This document shows positions 49,517 through 63,943 of a stretch of DNA of 64,000 nt, in pieces (position 1 is the first letter of the stretch; each line of letters begins with the position of its first letter). The notes under the pieces were generated by a model, which worked only from the letters and a program-made list of their open reading frames with translations, ran no database searches and was not told the origin of the DNA. This DNA is from Mobula hypostoma (Eukaryota): the NCBI RefSeq assembly GCF_963921235.1, contig NC_086108.1:86864001-86928000 (forward strand), read 5' to 3'. The position numbers were made by a program, and so were the translations under genes.

Positions 49517-52500
49517 AAATACTGGGAAGTTAATGGATTGGGAAGCTTTTAAATACCAACAGAAGGCAAATAAAAAAGTCATTAAGAAGGTAAAGATGGA
49601 ATACAAAAGTAAGCTAGTCAATAACATTAAAGGGGACACCAATAGTTTCTTCAGATACATAAAGCGTAAAAGAGATGCAAGAGTGGATATTAGACTGCTG
49701 GAAAAAAAGAGCAAGAGGATAAGATGTAAGAGAATAAAGCCAATCAAGTGTGGCAGTGGAAAAATGTGTATGGAACCAGAGGAGATTGCAGATGTATTTA
49801 ATGCACACTTTGCTTCAGTATTCACTACTGAAAAGGATCTTGGCGATTGTAGGGATGACTTACAGCTGACTGGAAAGCTTGAGCATGTAGATATTAAAAA
49901 AAGAGGATTTGCTGCAGCTTTTGAAAAGCATCAAGTTGGATAAGTTACTGGACGAGATGTACCCCAGGCTACTGTGGGAGGTGTGGGAGGTGAGGAAGGA
50001 GATTGCTGAGCCTCTGGCAATGAGCTTTGAATCATCAATGAGGACTGGAAAGGTACCAGAGGATTGGAGGGTTGCGGATGTTGTTCCATTATTCAAGAAA
50101 GGGAGTAGAGATAGCCCAGAAAATTATAGACCTGTGAGTCTTACTTCAGTGGTTGGTAAGTTGATGGAGAAGATCCTGAGAGGTAGGATTTGTGAACATT
50201 AGGAGTGGCATAATATGATTACGAGTAGTCAACATGGCTTTGTCAAAGGCAGGTTATGGTTTATGAGCCTGATTGAATTTTTTGAGGATGTGATTAAATG
50301 CATTGATGAAGGTAGAGTAGTAAATGTGGCGTATATGGATTTCAGCAAGGCATTTGTCAAGGTACCCACCTGGCAGTGTGGAGGGTCAGAGGGATCTTGG
50401 GGTCCGAGTCCTTAGACACTCAAAGCAGTGGCGCAAGTTGACTCTGTGGTTAAGAAGGCATACAGTGTATTCGCCTTCATCAATCTTGGGATTGAGTTTA
50501 GGAGCCGAGAGGTAATGTTGCAGCTATATAGGACCCTGGTCAGACCCCACTTGGAGTACTATGCTCAGTTCTGGTCACCTCACTACAGGAAGGATGTTGA
50601 AACCATAGAAAGGGTACAGAGATTTACAAGGATGTTGCCTGGATTGGGGAGCATGCCTTATGAGAATAGGTTGAGTGAACTTGACCTTTTTTCCTTGGAG
50701 CGACGGGGGATAAGAGGTGACTTGATAGAGGTTTATAAGATGATGAGAGGCATTGATCGTGAGGATAGTCAGAGACTTTTTTCCAGGACTGGAATAGCTA
50801 GCATGAGAGGGCAGTTTTAAGATGCTCGGAAGTAGGTACAGAGGAGATGTCGGGGGTAAGTTTTTTACACAGAGAGTGGTGAGTGCGTGGAATGGGCTGC
50901 CGGCAACGGTGGTGCAGGCGGAAACGATAGGGTCTTTTAAGAGACTCTGGATAGGTACATGGAGCTCAGAAAAATAGAGGGCAATGGGTAACCCCAGGTA
51001 ATTTCTAAGGTAAGGACATGTTCGGCACAGCTGTGTGGGCTGAAGGGCCTGTATTGTGCTGTAGGTTTTCTATGTTTCTAAAACAATGCTGGAGAGGTAG
51101 TAATGGGGACAAGGAAATGGTGGATGAACTGAATAAGTATTCTGCATCTGCCTTCACTGTGGAGGACACTAGATGTATGCCAGAAATTTGAGAGTGTCAG
51201 GGGTCTGAAGTGTGTGAAGTTACTATTACTAAAGAGAAGCATCTTGGGAAACTGAAAGATCTGAAGGTAGATAGTCACCTGGACCAGATGGTGTACACTC
51301 CAGAATTCTGAAAGAGGTAGCTGAAGAGATAGTGGAGGCATTAGTAATGATCTTTCAAGAATCACTAGTTTCTGCAATGGTTCTGGAAGACTGGAATCTT
51401 TCACATGTCACTCCACTCTTCAAGAAGACAGAGAGAAAGAAGCCAGGAAACTATGGGCCAGTTAGTGAGACCTCAGTGGTTTGGAAGATGTTGGAGTCAA
51501 TTATTAAGGATGAGGTCTTGGGGTACTTGAAGGCACACGATAAAATAGGCCTTAGTCAGCATGGTTTCATCAAGGGAAAATCTTGCCTGGCAAATCTGTT
51601 GGAAGTCTTTGAAGAAATAACAAGCAGGTTACACAAAGGAGAATCATTGATGTTGCGTACTGGTATTTTCAGAAGGCCTTCGACAAGGTGCCACACGTGA
51701 GGCTGCTTAGCAAGCTACAAGCCCATGATATTACAGGAAAGATTCTAGCATGGATAAAGCAGTGGCTGATCGGCAGGAAGCAAAGAGTAGGAATGAAGGG
51801 TTGAGTGCTGGTGAATAACGGTGTTCCACGGGCTTTTGTGTTGGGACCGATTCTTTTTCATCTATATGTCAATGATTTGGATGATGGAATTGATGGCTTT
51901 GTTGAAAAGTTTGTAGATGATACGAAGATACTGTAGGTGGAAAGGCAGGTTAGCTTTGAGGAAATAGGGAGGCTACAGAAGGACATAGACAGATTAGGAG
52001 AATGGGTAAAGAAGTGACAGATGGAACACAAAGCTGGTAAGTGTATTGTCGTGCACTTTGATAGAAGAAATGAAAAGGGTGACTATTTTCTAAATGGAGA
52101 GAAAATAAAAATACGAAGGGCTCAGGGATTTTGGAGTCTTTGCGCAGGATTCTCTAAGGCTTAATTTGCAGGTTGAGTCTGTGGTGAGGAAGACAAATAC
52201 GATGTTAGTATACATTTCAAGAGGACTAGAATATAAAAGCAAGAATGTAATGTTGAGACTTTACAAAGCACTTGTGAGACCTGACCTGGAGTATTGTGAG
52301 CAGTTTTAAGCTCCTTATATTAGAAAGGATGTGCTAAACTGGAAAGGGTTCAAAGAAGGTTCACAAAAGTGATTCCAGGATTAAGCGGCTTGTCATATGA
52401 AGAGCGTGTGAAGGCTCTGGGCCTTTATTCACTGGAATTTAGAATTATGGATGACCTCATTGAAACCTATGGAGTAGTGAAAGGCCTTGATGGAGTGGAT

Positions 52501-52827
52501 GTGGAGAGGATGCTTCCAATGTGGAATGGTCGTAACCAGAGGACACAGCTGCAGAGGGGTGTCCTTTTAGAACAGAGATGAGGAGGAATTTCTTTAGCCA
52601 GAGATGGTGAATCTGTGGAATCCGTTACCACCAGCAGCTCTGGAGGCCGAGTCTTTACATATATTATGGCAGAGATTGATAGATTTTTGATTGGTCAGGG
52701 CATGAAGGGATACGGGAGTAAGGCAAATCACTGGGTCTGAGAGGAAAATTAGATCAGCCATGATGAAATGGCAGAGCAGATTTTATAGGACAAATGGCCT
52801 AATTCTGCTCCTATATTTTGTGGTCTT
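49517..52827 (+). mobile_element. Second CR1 nested in the first (49517-49704 and 51080-52827)
   Basis: Restarts in the ORF2 linker; has its own RT remnants and 3' tail ending TGGTCTT. Confidence 0.85.
49705..51079 (+). mobile_element. Third CR1 nested in the second, with RT core deleted at ~50369
   Basis: Same subfamily as 29510-33115; TTTCTATGTTTCTA tail. Confidence 0.88.
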
Positions 52828-52836
52828 AGAATAGAC

Positions 52837-54217
52837 CTCTCCCTCTCCCAGTGTAGAGTGCCCTCCTGTTTCAAATTATCCATCATTGTCCCTGCACCAA
52901 AAAAGACCAAGGTAACATGCCTGAATGACTGGCGTCCTGTTGCACTCACCTCAATAATAAGCAAGTGCTTTGAGAGGCTGGTCAAAGATTACATCTGCAG
53001 CTTGCCACCACCCAAACTGGATCCCTAGAGTTCGCCTACCGACACAGCTGATCGATAGAGGAACCAATAGCCAAAGCTCTACACACCATCCTTACACATC
53101 GGGAGAAGAAGGATGCTTATGTGAGAATGCTGTTCTTGGACTACAGTTCAGCATTCAACATCATAGTTCCATCCAGGCTCGACAAGAAGCTCAGAGACCT
53201 CAGCCTTAACCCTGCCTTGTGCAGCTAGATCCTGGACTTCCTGTCAGATCGCCAGCAGGGGGTAAGAGTGGACTCCCTCACCTCCACCTCTCTGACTCTC
53301 AATACAGGAGCCCTTCAGGGCTGTATACTGAGTCCCTTCCTTTATTCCATGTATACCCATGACTGTATTGCCACCCACAGCTGTAATCTGTTAACTAAAT
53401 TTGCCGACGACACTACATTGATTGGTCTAATCTCAAACAATAATGAGGTGGCCTACAGGGAAGAAGTCATCTCTCTGACACAGTTGTGTCAAGAAAACAA
53501 CCTCTCCCTCAATGTCACAAAAACAAAGGAACTGAATGTGGACTACAGGGGGAATGGAGAGAGGCTAACCCTTATTTTCATCAATACATCTGGGGTTGAG
53601 AGGGTAAACAGCTTTAAGTTCCTCGGCATCCACATCACCAAGGACCTCACGTAGTCTGTACACACCAGCTGTGTAGTGAAAAAGGCACGTAGCGCCTCTT
53701 TCACCTCAGACGGTTGAGGAAGTTTGGTATGGACACCCAGATCCTAAGAACTTTCTACAGGGGCACAATTGAGAGCATCCTGACTGGCTGCATCACTGCC
53801 TGGTATGAGAACTGTACCTCCTTTAATCGCAGGACTCTGCAGAGAGTGGTGCGGATAGCCCAGTGCATCTGTAGATGTGAACTTCCGATGATTCAAGACA
53901 TTTACAAAGACAGGTGTGTAAAAAGGGCCCGAAGGATCATTGGGAACTGGAGTCACCCCAACCACAATCTATTCCAGCTGCTATCATCTGGGAAACAGTA
54001 CCGCAGCGTAAAAGCCAGGAACAACAGGCTTCAGGACAGCTTCTTCCACCAGGCCATCAGACTGATTAACTCACGCTGATTTGACTGTATTCTATATTAC
54101 ATTGACTGTTCTATTTATTATAAATTACTATAATTGCACATTTAGCCGGAGATGTAATGTAAAGATTTTTACTCCTCATGTATGTGATGGATGTAAGAAA
54201 TAAAGTCAATTCAATTC
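52837..54217 (+). mobile_element. Rex1/Babar-like LINE, 3' half
   Basis: GALQGCILSPFLYS, KFADDTTLIG, FYRGTIESILTGCITAWY; AATAAAGTCAATTCAATTC tail. Confidence 0.92.
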
Positions 54218-56979
54218 GGCAAAGGATAACTGGTGGATGTTGTGTACATGGATTTTCAGAAAGCCTATGTCAAGGTGTTGCATATTAGGCTTCTTAACAA
54301 GATAAATAGCTGAAGATATTGCAGGAAAGATACTGACATGGATAGAGCATTGGCTGATTAGCAGAAGGCAATGAAGAGGAATAAAGGGAGTCTTTTCTGG
54401 TTGGCTTCCGATGACTAGTGGTGTTCACAACTGCTCCTTTTTACATCATGCAGTATGTCAATTAGTTGTATGGCAGAATTGATGGTTTTGTGGCAAACTT
54501 GCACATGATGCAAAGATGGATGGATGGACAGGTTGTGTTGAGAAAGCAAGAAGGCTGCAAAGGACAGACAGATTAGGAGAATGGACAAAAAAGTGGCAGA
54601 TGGAATAGTGTTGGGAATTGCATAGGTCATGCACTTCGGAAGAAGGAATACATTTTCTAAACAGGTAGAAAACTCAAAAACGCAAGGTGCAATATGACTT
54701 GGGAGTTCAGTACAGAATTCCCTAAATTTTAACTTACAGGTTGAGTTGGTGAAGAAGAAAGCAAATGTAATGTTAGCATTTATTTCAGGAGGACTGGAAA
54801 ATAAAAGCAAGGATGTAATGCTGAGTTTTTGTAAGGCACTGGTGAGGCCTCACTTAGAGTACTGTGAGCAGTTTTGGCCCCTTATTTAAGAAAGGATGTG
54901 CTGACATTGGAAAGTGTTCAGAGGAGGTTCATAAGAATGATTCTGGGAATGAAAGAGTTATCATATGATGACTGTTTGATGGTTCTGGGCCTGTACTGGA
55001 ATTGAGAAGAACGAGGGGTGGGGAGATCTCATTGAAACCTGTCAAATGTTGGAAGTCCTAGACAGAGTGGGTGTGGAAAGGATGTTATCCCTAGTAGGGG
55101 AGTCTCTAGTTCCAGAGGGCACAGACTCAGTATAGGGGAACATTCATTTACAATGGAGATGAGAAGGGATTTCTTTAGCCAGTGCTAAATCTGTGGTAAA
55201 TCTGTGTAATTTGTTTCCACAGGCGGCTATGGGGGCATGGTCATTAGGTGTATTTAAGTCAGAGGTTGAGAGATTCTTGATTAGTCAGGGCTAAGTGTTA
55301 GGGGAAAAAAACAGGAGAATGGGTTGAGGGGGAAAATGGATCAGCCATGATGATATGGTGGAGCAGATTCGATGGGCCAAATGGCAAAAGTATACTCCTA
55401 TATTTTATAGCCTTATGGTCTTGTGGTCTCATATAAACTCATGCATCACTCCTGCATAAGAGTATTCAATCCCCACATGAAACACTATGGTGTCCTCCAT
55501 GTCCTCAGTGCATTTTACAATCCATTAGTTTCCTTGCAATTTAAAAAAAAATTGTGGAATGTGCAGAAACCTTAGTTTTGTGGTGGTATGTGAAGGAAAC
55601 AATCTTCATGCAATCCTATAGCACTCTAGTGGCATTCTCTTTGTTACACCCTACTGTAGCCTTGCTGGAAATCAATATCAGAACTCAATGTTTGATGCTC
55701 CTTAAAATGCTCATGTTCACATTTTGATTATACAGCAGCAAATGTGCTTTCAGCCAACTGCAAATACAAGCTGTGCTTTTAGCTCCTTTTCTAACAGTAA
55801 TGAGTAAACCACAAACAAAAATTAGCTACTGTGAAATCTACTTTCAAGTTGTATTGAGACTATTTTCTATTCAATGCTTTCATTGTCGTCAAACAATTAT
55901 ATGGTACCAATACATTCTAAATTATGCAAGTTGATGGATATTTTAAAATATATCTTTTCCTTAGTTCTCATCTCTGGTTTTAATATATTTGCATTTCAGA
56001 GTCCTGGGTGTCCTCTGTTAGTCAAACAATGAAATAGACATGGTCCAGTGACCTTTCTCAACTCTTAATATGTCCAGCTTATTTTTACTAATATTTATCA
56101 TCGGAAATTTCAAATTTTGTTTTCAGTCACCTACATAAATGAATGAAGGACTGTCCTCTCAAAAATAAAGACAGCTGCGATACTACAATTATTATAGACA
56201 GAAAAAAGCTCCACTTCCTAAATATTTCAAGCATTGAATGCCAAGTATTCACCGACAATTATCCTGCTTAGTAAATAATGAATACTTGAAATTATACTGT
56301 GAGAGGTCAGCTGAACATTTAAGATGGCTCCCTCCCTGTGTTAGTTTCGCCAACACTCTAATATGACTACAGCTGCAGTTGAGGAGACATGCTGATTCTG
56401 CTTGCTGTATTTATGCTTCATCCTTCAGATTGCTTCATTAAAAATTCAGAAAACCAAAATAAAGCGCACTTGTGTAAGAGCTCTGATTAGATAAATTGCT
56501 TCCCCTTCACCCCACTCACGTTTGCCTGCTAAGGCACCGCCCACACAGAACAAGGTCACAGCTGTTTACCCACACAATTCATCTTCAGCTAACTAAAAGG
56601 AGTAGTGTGGTTTTGTTTGGAGAGAAAAGCACTGCTGACATGAGGAGCTATCACCGACTCAGATGCACTTTCAGACAGCTGACTGCAATCAACTGTCATT
56701 GTGTCTGTCTTGGAAAATGTGCATCTGATCCAAAAATGAAGGGAATATTGACATCTGCAAAATAGCGAATAGAGTAAGCCAGTGAGAATTTTGGTTTTCG
56801 AGCGAGACCTCACAATATTAGAGGTATCCCTTCAATTTATATGGACTTTGGAAGCAGTAGAACTCACTGCTAAATAAAATATATGCTTTAGATTTTAAGA
56901 GAGAATGACAAAACTGTAGAAGTTTTACCATTGATACATAATGACATAGAAAGTACATTTGGGATTTCATGCATGTTAT

Positions 56980-58450
56980 AAACACAAGAGATTGTGCAGA
57001 TGCTGGAAATCTGGAGCAACAAACAGAAGTGCGATCATGTTTCAACAAACTCATTCATAAGGCCAGTGATGTTGTGGGGATGGAACTGGGCTCTCTGACA
57101 GTGGTGTCTGAAAAGAGGATGCTGTCGAAGTTGCATGCCATCTTGGTCAATGTCTCCCATCCACTACATAATGTACTGGTTGGGCACAGGAGTACATTCA
57201 GCCAGAGACTCATTCCACCAAGATGCAGCACAGAGCATCATATGAAGTCATTCCTGCCTATGACCATCAAACTTTACAACTCCTCCCTTGGGGGGTCAGA
57301 CACCCTGAGCCAATAGGCTGATCCTGGACTTATTTCCTGGTATAATTTACATATTACTATTTAACTATTTATGGTTTTATTACTATTTATTATTTATGGT
57401 GCAACTGTAACAAAAAACAATTTCTCCCGGGATCAATAAAGTATGACTATGACTACGAGAAAATGCTGCAGGAACTTAAAGATGAGGCAGCAGCTATGGA
57501 GAGGAATAAACAGCTGGTGTTTTGGGCCAAGACCCTTCATCAGGACCGGAAAGGAGGGGGATAGAAGCCAGAATGAGAAGGTGGGGTGAGAGAATGGAGT
57601 ACGTTGGCAAGTGTTAGCTGATGGTTAGGGGAAAGGGGGATGAAGCTGGAAGGAAATAGGTGGAAGATGTAAATTGATAAAGAAGAAGGAATTTGACAGG
57701 AAAGGAGAGTGATAAGCACAAGAGATATAGCAGATGTAGAAATACAGAGCAACAGACACAAAATGCAGGAGGAACTTAGCAGGTCAGGCAGTACCTATGG
57801 AAATGAATCACTAGTCAATGCTTCAGGCTGATACCCTTCATGGACAGAAAAGCATCTGGTTCTGGTATCTTCCCTCTTTCTTTCCAGTCATGATGTAGTG
57901 TTTTGACCCGAAACGCCGATTGTCGATTCATTTCCACAGATGCCGCTTGATCTGCTGATTTTCTCCACCATTTTGTGTGGGTTGGTGAGAAAGGGAAGGA
58001 AGAGGGGCACTTGAGAGAGGTGATGGGCAAGTGAGGGAAAAGAAGGGGCAAGAGAGGAATCAGAATGGTGAATGGAAAAAGAGAGAAGGGGAAGGGGAAT
58101 GTTAGAGAAATCGATGTCCATGCTGTCAGATTGGAGGCTACCCAAACGGAATATGAGGTGTTGATCCTTCAGCTTGCGAGTGACCTTATCATGTCTGTAG
58201 AGGAGGCATTAGACAGACCTGTCAGAATGGGAATGGGAAATAAAACAAAATGGATGGTCATCAGGAAAACCTGCCTTATGTGGCAGACGGGAGCAATGGT
58301 GCTCAATGCAGTGCCTTCCACTCCCCTCCTTCTTATTCTGGTTTTTCTTGTCTTCCTTTTCCAGTGCCAATGAAGGGTCTTGTTCTGAAACATTCCTCTG
58401 CATAGGTGCTGCCTGGCCTGCTAAGTTCCTCCAGCATTTTATGTTTGTTT
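56980..58450. mobile_element. Cluster of old Penelope-like ends in both orientations
   Basis: Terminal-repeat remnants at ~56980-57030, 57458-57550, 57720-57845, 57880-57978, 58350-58450; HLIFRLGSLQSDSMDIDFSN at ~58100-58165 (minus strand). Confidence 0.75.
57040..57456 (+). mobile_element. Rex1-type 3' end
   Basis: NKLIHKASDVVG...SHPLH; GGGATCAATAAAGTATGACTATGACT tail. Confidence 0.88.
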
Positions 58451-58954
58451 TCATGCATGTGCATTTTAATACAGAACACTCAACACTGTTGCAGCCTTTT
58501 CCTGTGCAACCAAATTAAGACACTGATAAAGCATTGAAACTCCAGTAATCAGGCACACTTCAGTCTTTGTTAGTGTCAAACTGGCAGATATTTTTGGATT
58601 ATCGGATGATATTCTAGTTAGTACTCCAACACATTTATAATTCACAATTTTTTTTAGAAGTTGCGCACTACTATAACAAATTTTCCAGTGAACCCAGGAG
58701 GGAAGTGGAAAGAAAGCTCAGGAAAAGAAAGAGACACAAAACACTGCAGAATCAGAATGCAGTGAGCTTCAATGGAGTGTGAAAACTGGCTCTGGATGAT
58801 TTACAGGGGAATGTGGAAAAGGGGCCTCAGAGTGTTTAAAGGGAGTGTGGGGTCAAGACCGCCATGTGTGAAAGGGAGCAGGGAATCAACATCTCATGAA
58901 CTAAATGCTGAACAAATGGGATCTGTGAAGTTTTACTCTATACGCTGAAAATAG

Positions 58955-61900
58955 GGTCATAGAGTCATAGAACACCACAGTACTCTTTTGGCCCATCTAG
59001 TCCATGCCGAACTCTTAATCAGCCTGGTCTCATCGACTTGCGCTCGGTATATAGCACACCACATTTGAGTACCTATCCAAATTTCTCTTGAATGTTGAAA
59101 TTGAACCTGCATCCACCACTTCCGCTGGCAACTTGTTCCATACTCTCACCACCCTCTGAGTGAAGAAGTTCTCCACCATGTTCCTCTTAAACATTTCACC
59201 TTTCACCCTTAACCCAGAACCTCTACTCCTAGTCTCACCCAACGTCTGTGGGAAAAGCCTGCTTGTATTTACCCGATCTATACCCCTTATAATTTTGTAT
59301 ATTTCTATTAAATCTCCCCTCATTCTCTTACGCTCTAGAGAACAAAGCCTTAATCTATTCAGCCTTTCCCTATAACTCAGGCCCTCAAGTCCTGGCAACA
59401 TCCTTCTAAATTTCCTTAGCACTTTTCAATCTTATTGACAAGTTTACTGTGAGTTGGTGACTAAAACTCCACTGAATACTTCAAATTAGGCCTCACCAAT
59501 GTCTTATACACTTCAACATAATATCCCAACTCCTGTACTCAGCACTTTGATTTATGAAGGCCAATGTGTCAAAAGCTTTCTGTGCAAGCCTGCCTATCTG
59601 TGATCTGTATTCCCACATCCCTTTGCTCTATGGCACTTCACAGTGCTCACCATGTAAGTCTTACCCTGGTTTGTCCTCCCAAAGTGCAACACTTCACACA
59701 TGTCTGCATTAAATTCCGTCTGCCATTTTTCTCACCCATTTTTCCAGCTGGTCCAGATCCCACTGCAAGCGTTGACAGTCTTCCTTGCTGTCCTCGACAC
59801 TCCTGAACTTGATGTCATTAGCAAATTTGCTGATCCAGTTAGCCACATTATCAGCCAGATCATTGATATAGATGACAAATAATAATGGACCCAGTACTTA
59901 TCCCTGTGGCACACCACTAATCACATGCCTTCAGTCAGAGAGGGAACCATTTACTACCACTCTCTGGCTTCTCCCACAAAACCAGTGTCTAATCCAATTT
60001 ACTCCTTCATGTCGAATGCCAAGCGATTGGACTTTCTTGACTAACCTCCCATGTGAAACTTTGTCAAAGGACTTGCTAAAGTCCAGGTAGACAACATCCA
60101 CAACCTTGCCTGCATCAGCTTTCCTGGTAACTACTTCAAAAACTCTACAAGATTGGTTAGACATAAGCTACTACACACAAAGCCATGTATTCCTAGTCAG
60201 TCCCTGCCTATCAAAATGCTTAAATATCCAATCCCCTAGAATAACTTCCTTTCCAGTAGCTTATCCACTTCTGATGTCAGGCTTAACAGACAATGATTTC
60301 TCAATTTATTTTTAAATCCTTTCTTAAACAATAGAGCAACATTAGCTCTCCTCCACTCCTCTGGCACCTGATCTGTGGCTAAGGACATTTTAATTATCCC
60401 TGCATTTTCTGGACTTCCCTCTCACAGGGTCGAAGGGAACACATAGTCAGGCCATGAAGACAGCAAACACCTCTTCCACTATAATCTGTATGCAGTCCAT
60501 GACTTCATTGTTGCTTTACCTCACTCCTATAGACATCTGGGTACATCTCCCAAGTAAATACAGATACAAAAGATCCATTTAAGATCTCCCCCATTTAATT
60601 TGGTTCCATGCATAGATGACTACTTTGATCTTCAAGAGGACCCCTTTTGCCCCTTGCATTTCTTTTGCTTTTAATATATCTGTAGAATCTCTTGGGATTC
60701 TCCTTCACCTTGTCTGCTTGGGCAACCTCACATCTTCTTTTAGTCCTCCTGATTTCCTTCTTAAGTCTTCTCTCACATTTCTTAAACTCTTCAAAGTACC
60801 TCATTTGCTTCTTCCTGCCTATACCTGTTACACACCTCCTTATTCTTCTTAACCAAGGACTCAATATCTCTCAAAAAACAAGGTTCCCTAAACCTGTTAT
60901 CCTTGCCTTTTGTTCTGACAAGAACATACAAACTCTGCATTCTCAGAATTTCACTTATGAAAGCCTCCCACTTACCAAGTACATCTTTGCCAAAAAAAAC
61001 AACCTGTCCCAATCCATACTTGTCAGATAATTTCTGATACCATCAAAGTTGATCTTTCTCCAGTTTAGAATATCAACCTGAGAACCACACCTATCCTTCT
61101 CTATAATTATCTTGAAACTAATGGCATTATGATCACAGTCTTCTGTTGCCTACCCTGCCTCATTCCCTAATAGGAAATGTAGTATCACTTTCTCACTAGT
61201 TAGGACCTTTATGTATTGATTAAAGAAACTTTCAAGTTCAAGTTTCAAGCTCCTCCAGGGCCAAGATGCAAAAACACAGTATCAGCAGTCATTGCACAAA
61301 TAACACATATAATTACAATAGCAGAAAAAAAGTTAAAAAAAATAATATTTTAAAAAATAGCCCAATTCCTTGAGTGTCACGTTCTGTAGACTGATAGTGC
61401 ATGGATGATGTCTTGATGCTACGTTTCTGCAAGAACAAGCCCACATCTTTCCTCATCCTGCACAAGCGCAGAAGCAGACAAAAGCAATCCAGCTTGTCTT
61501 CCACTGAGCAAACACCGGACAGCAGCCCCACCAGGAGGGGAGGGAGGGGAGGGAGGAGAGGGAGGGAACGTCGACTCAGACCATGAGAGGCCTGCATCGG
61601 GCATTTTCATGTCTTACAAGGTGCAGATTGGAGGGGCCAGCCCCCAACTCAGTGCAGAATCCAGCAGCACACAGCCAGATCCAGTGTTTCCTTCCCTGGT
61701 GGCTGCAGCAGGCAACCGCTAGGCATGAGGGCCTGGTCTGTACCACAGCAGAAGCCATGCAGCTCCCCCGCCATCAGTCTCATTGGCCAGTAAACCAGAC
61801 TTGTTATATTCTGCACTACCAATATCCAACAGTGTCTTGCAATCACAATAAAAACGTCCCATGACAGTAATCTGTTGTATTATGCACTGCCTCTGTTCAT

Positions 61901-62720
61901 CGCCTCTGATGCCTTCTTCCCTAGGTAGCTGGAGCTGGCTGTAACACGACACACAACAAATCCAGCTCCATCACTATCAAACAACTCGCTGAAAGGGTAG
62001 ACCTGAAGTACTTGATGTCCTTAATATCCAGCAGTGTTTTGCAATCATAAAAAAGACATCAAGGATGAACAATTGCACCTTTGATAGGTCCCCTAGAGGC
62101 CAATGTGCCTGGGCACACCATTTTCTTACTGGAGGACATTCCAGAACATATTTGATAAACTCTATCCTATCCAGCTATTTTACAGTTTGGAAGTTCCAGT
62201 CAATACGTGCAAATTCGCCTACTATCACAACCTTATGTTTCTTCCAAAAGGCTGCAATCTCTCTACAAGTTTACTTCTCTAAATCCCACTGACTGTTGGG
62301 GGGAGAGGGTCTATAAAATAATCCCATTAATATCGTCATCCTATTCTTATTCCTCAATTCCTCTCATATTACTTCATTAGTCAAGTTCTCCAGCTTGTCT
62401 TGTCTGAGCACAGCCAGACAATACTTTCCTACAATACTCCTTGCATTGAAGTATCCACAATCAGAAGATTAATCCCACCTTTCGATTCCTGACTGTATGT
62501 GTAGGTTTAGCAACAGATTTCCACACAACCAATCCACTATCTGCTCTGATGCTTTAGTTCCCATCCTCCTGCAACTCTAGATTAAATCCCCTTCCCCTGT
62601 GCAGGACAAGCAAACCTTCCTGCATGTATATTAGCCCCCTCCAGTTTAAGTGCAAACCATCCCATCGTACAGCTCCCATCTTCCAAAAATCTGAAGCCCT
62701 CCCTCCTGCACATATTGCCA
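58955..62720 (-). mobile_element. Long decayed CR1, split at ~61232-62130
   Basis: RGDLIEIYKI, YLDFSKSFDKV, KENPKRFYRYIKSKR; EN and 5' remnants at 62135-62720. Confidence 0.85.
61232..62130 (-). mobile_element. Internally deleted Rex1/Babar-like derivative (5' UTR, ORF start, 3' UTR)
   Basis: AAGAAAATGGTG head; LLSGVCSVEDKLD resembles an EN start; (TTGAAC)n tail. Confidence 0.6.
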
Positions 62721-62856
62721 CATATTACTGCATGTATAAACTTTAAATGGCTAGCTAAAAAAAAATCTTTATTATGGATGTGACAATATTGGAATGGTCT
62801 TACTTATCCACCATTCCTGGTTTTCCTGAAAATATAGTGACGATGGACCTTCCAGT

Positions 62857-62987
62857 AACACACATCAAAGTTGCTGGTGAACGCAGCAGGCCAGGCGGCA
62901 TCTCTAGGAAGAGATACAGTCGACGTTTCAGACCGAGACCCTTCGTCAGGACTAACTGAAGGAAGAGCTAGTAAGAGATTTGAAAGT
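62857..62987 (-). mobile_element. Short young Penelope insertion
   Basis: 11-bp TSD GACCTTCCAGT. Confidence 0.88.
62917..62953 (-). ncRNA. Minimal hammerhead ribozyme motif
   Basis: AGTC-CTGACGA-AGGGTCTCGGTCT-GAAAC-GTC-GACT; core and stem I intact. Confidence 0.75.
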
Positions 62988-63179
62988 GACCTTCCAGTGA
63001 TTGTTTTACTTTCAATCCTGAGTGACTCATTAAGTCACTTCACGAAGCACAAAAGAATTTAATTTCCACATACAGGAAAAACTGGGTTATTGGAGTGGCC
63101 AATACCTTTCTTTTACAATTTTTGCAGTGATTTGCTCAGAACTATTCCCCGAATTATTCTCGAACACGATGCTGAAAGG

Positions 63180-63260
63180 TCGTAAGACATAGGAGCAGAA
63201 TTAAGTCATTCGGTCCATTGACGTTCACCATTCAATCGCGGCAGATTTATTTTCCCTCTG
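63180..63260 (-). mobile_element. CR1 3' tail remnant
   Basis: TAAGACATAGGAGCAGAATTAAGTCATTCGG. Confidence 0.65.
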
Positions 63261-63943
63261 CTTTGCTGTTGCTCACAGCACAGTAAATTGGAGCTATGGA
63301 CACATCCATTTCATAGTTGCTGCAAAGGGAAAGGGGGAAGATGAGAATATCTAGGGAATGAGCAAAGCAAAGACATACTTCACAACAGAGCTAACAAATG
63401 ATCTTAACCTGTGAGAGCCTCCAGATTCATTACTAATGTTCCATTGCCCATTTTAAAGAAGTTTTTAAAAAAAAACTAAGAGAGAACCACGAGAGAATAC
63501 AACAAAACAATAGGAATTGCACCAGTGTCAAACTGACAGGAAATATGAGAGGCCCATAGGTAAATAAAAAGTACTCTCCTGATGAATTTAGCTGTCAGTG
63601 CTGATGAAGTGTCACACTCAGGACACTTGTTTTAGATATTACTGGGTATTTTGCGCATTCTTATGTGAGACCTCCAGCATCCAAGGTTGTTTGATTTTGC
63701 TTTAGCTTTGCCACCGTTTGACTTTCTGTCAATTTCCAGCAGATTTGGCTTTAATTTAAGGGTGGGTGGTAGCGGGAATCTGAGAGTGAAAAGAAGCTGT
63801 CTCTGGTTCAGTGGGCGAGCTTGTGAGTCGTACGTTGTGCAACAGAACGAAGAATATTTGGTCAGACTCAGTGGTAGACAGGAAGCATTATCCCTCATGA
63901 CTGCAGTTGGATTGCAACTGCAAAGGGTCCTCATCCTTTAGTT

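Larger units (their letters stand above)
47380..55425 (+). mobile_element. Old CR1 with near-complete ORF2 (47380-48811, 49400-49516, 52828-52836, 54218-55425) hosting four insertions
   Basis: EN start LKVLHLNACSIQNKVDD and GDFN; RT resumes at 54218; 3' tail ~55340-55425. Confidence 0.85.

Noticed and set aside
63632..63934. 100-aa ORF with an internal acceptor
   Set aside because: No recognisable homology or convincing donor; kept only as a weak splice signal.
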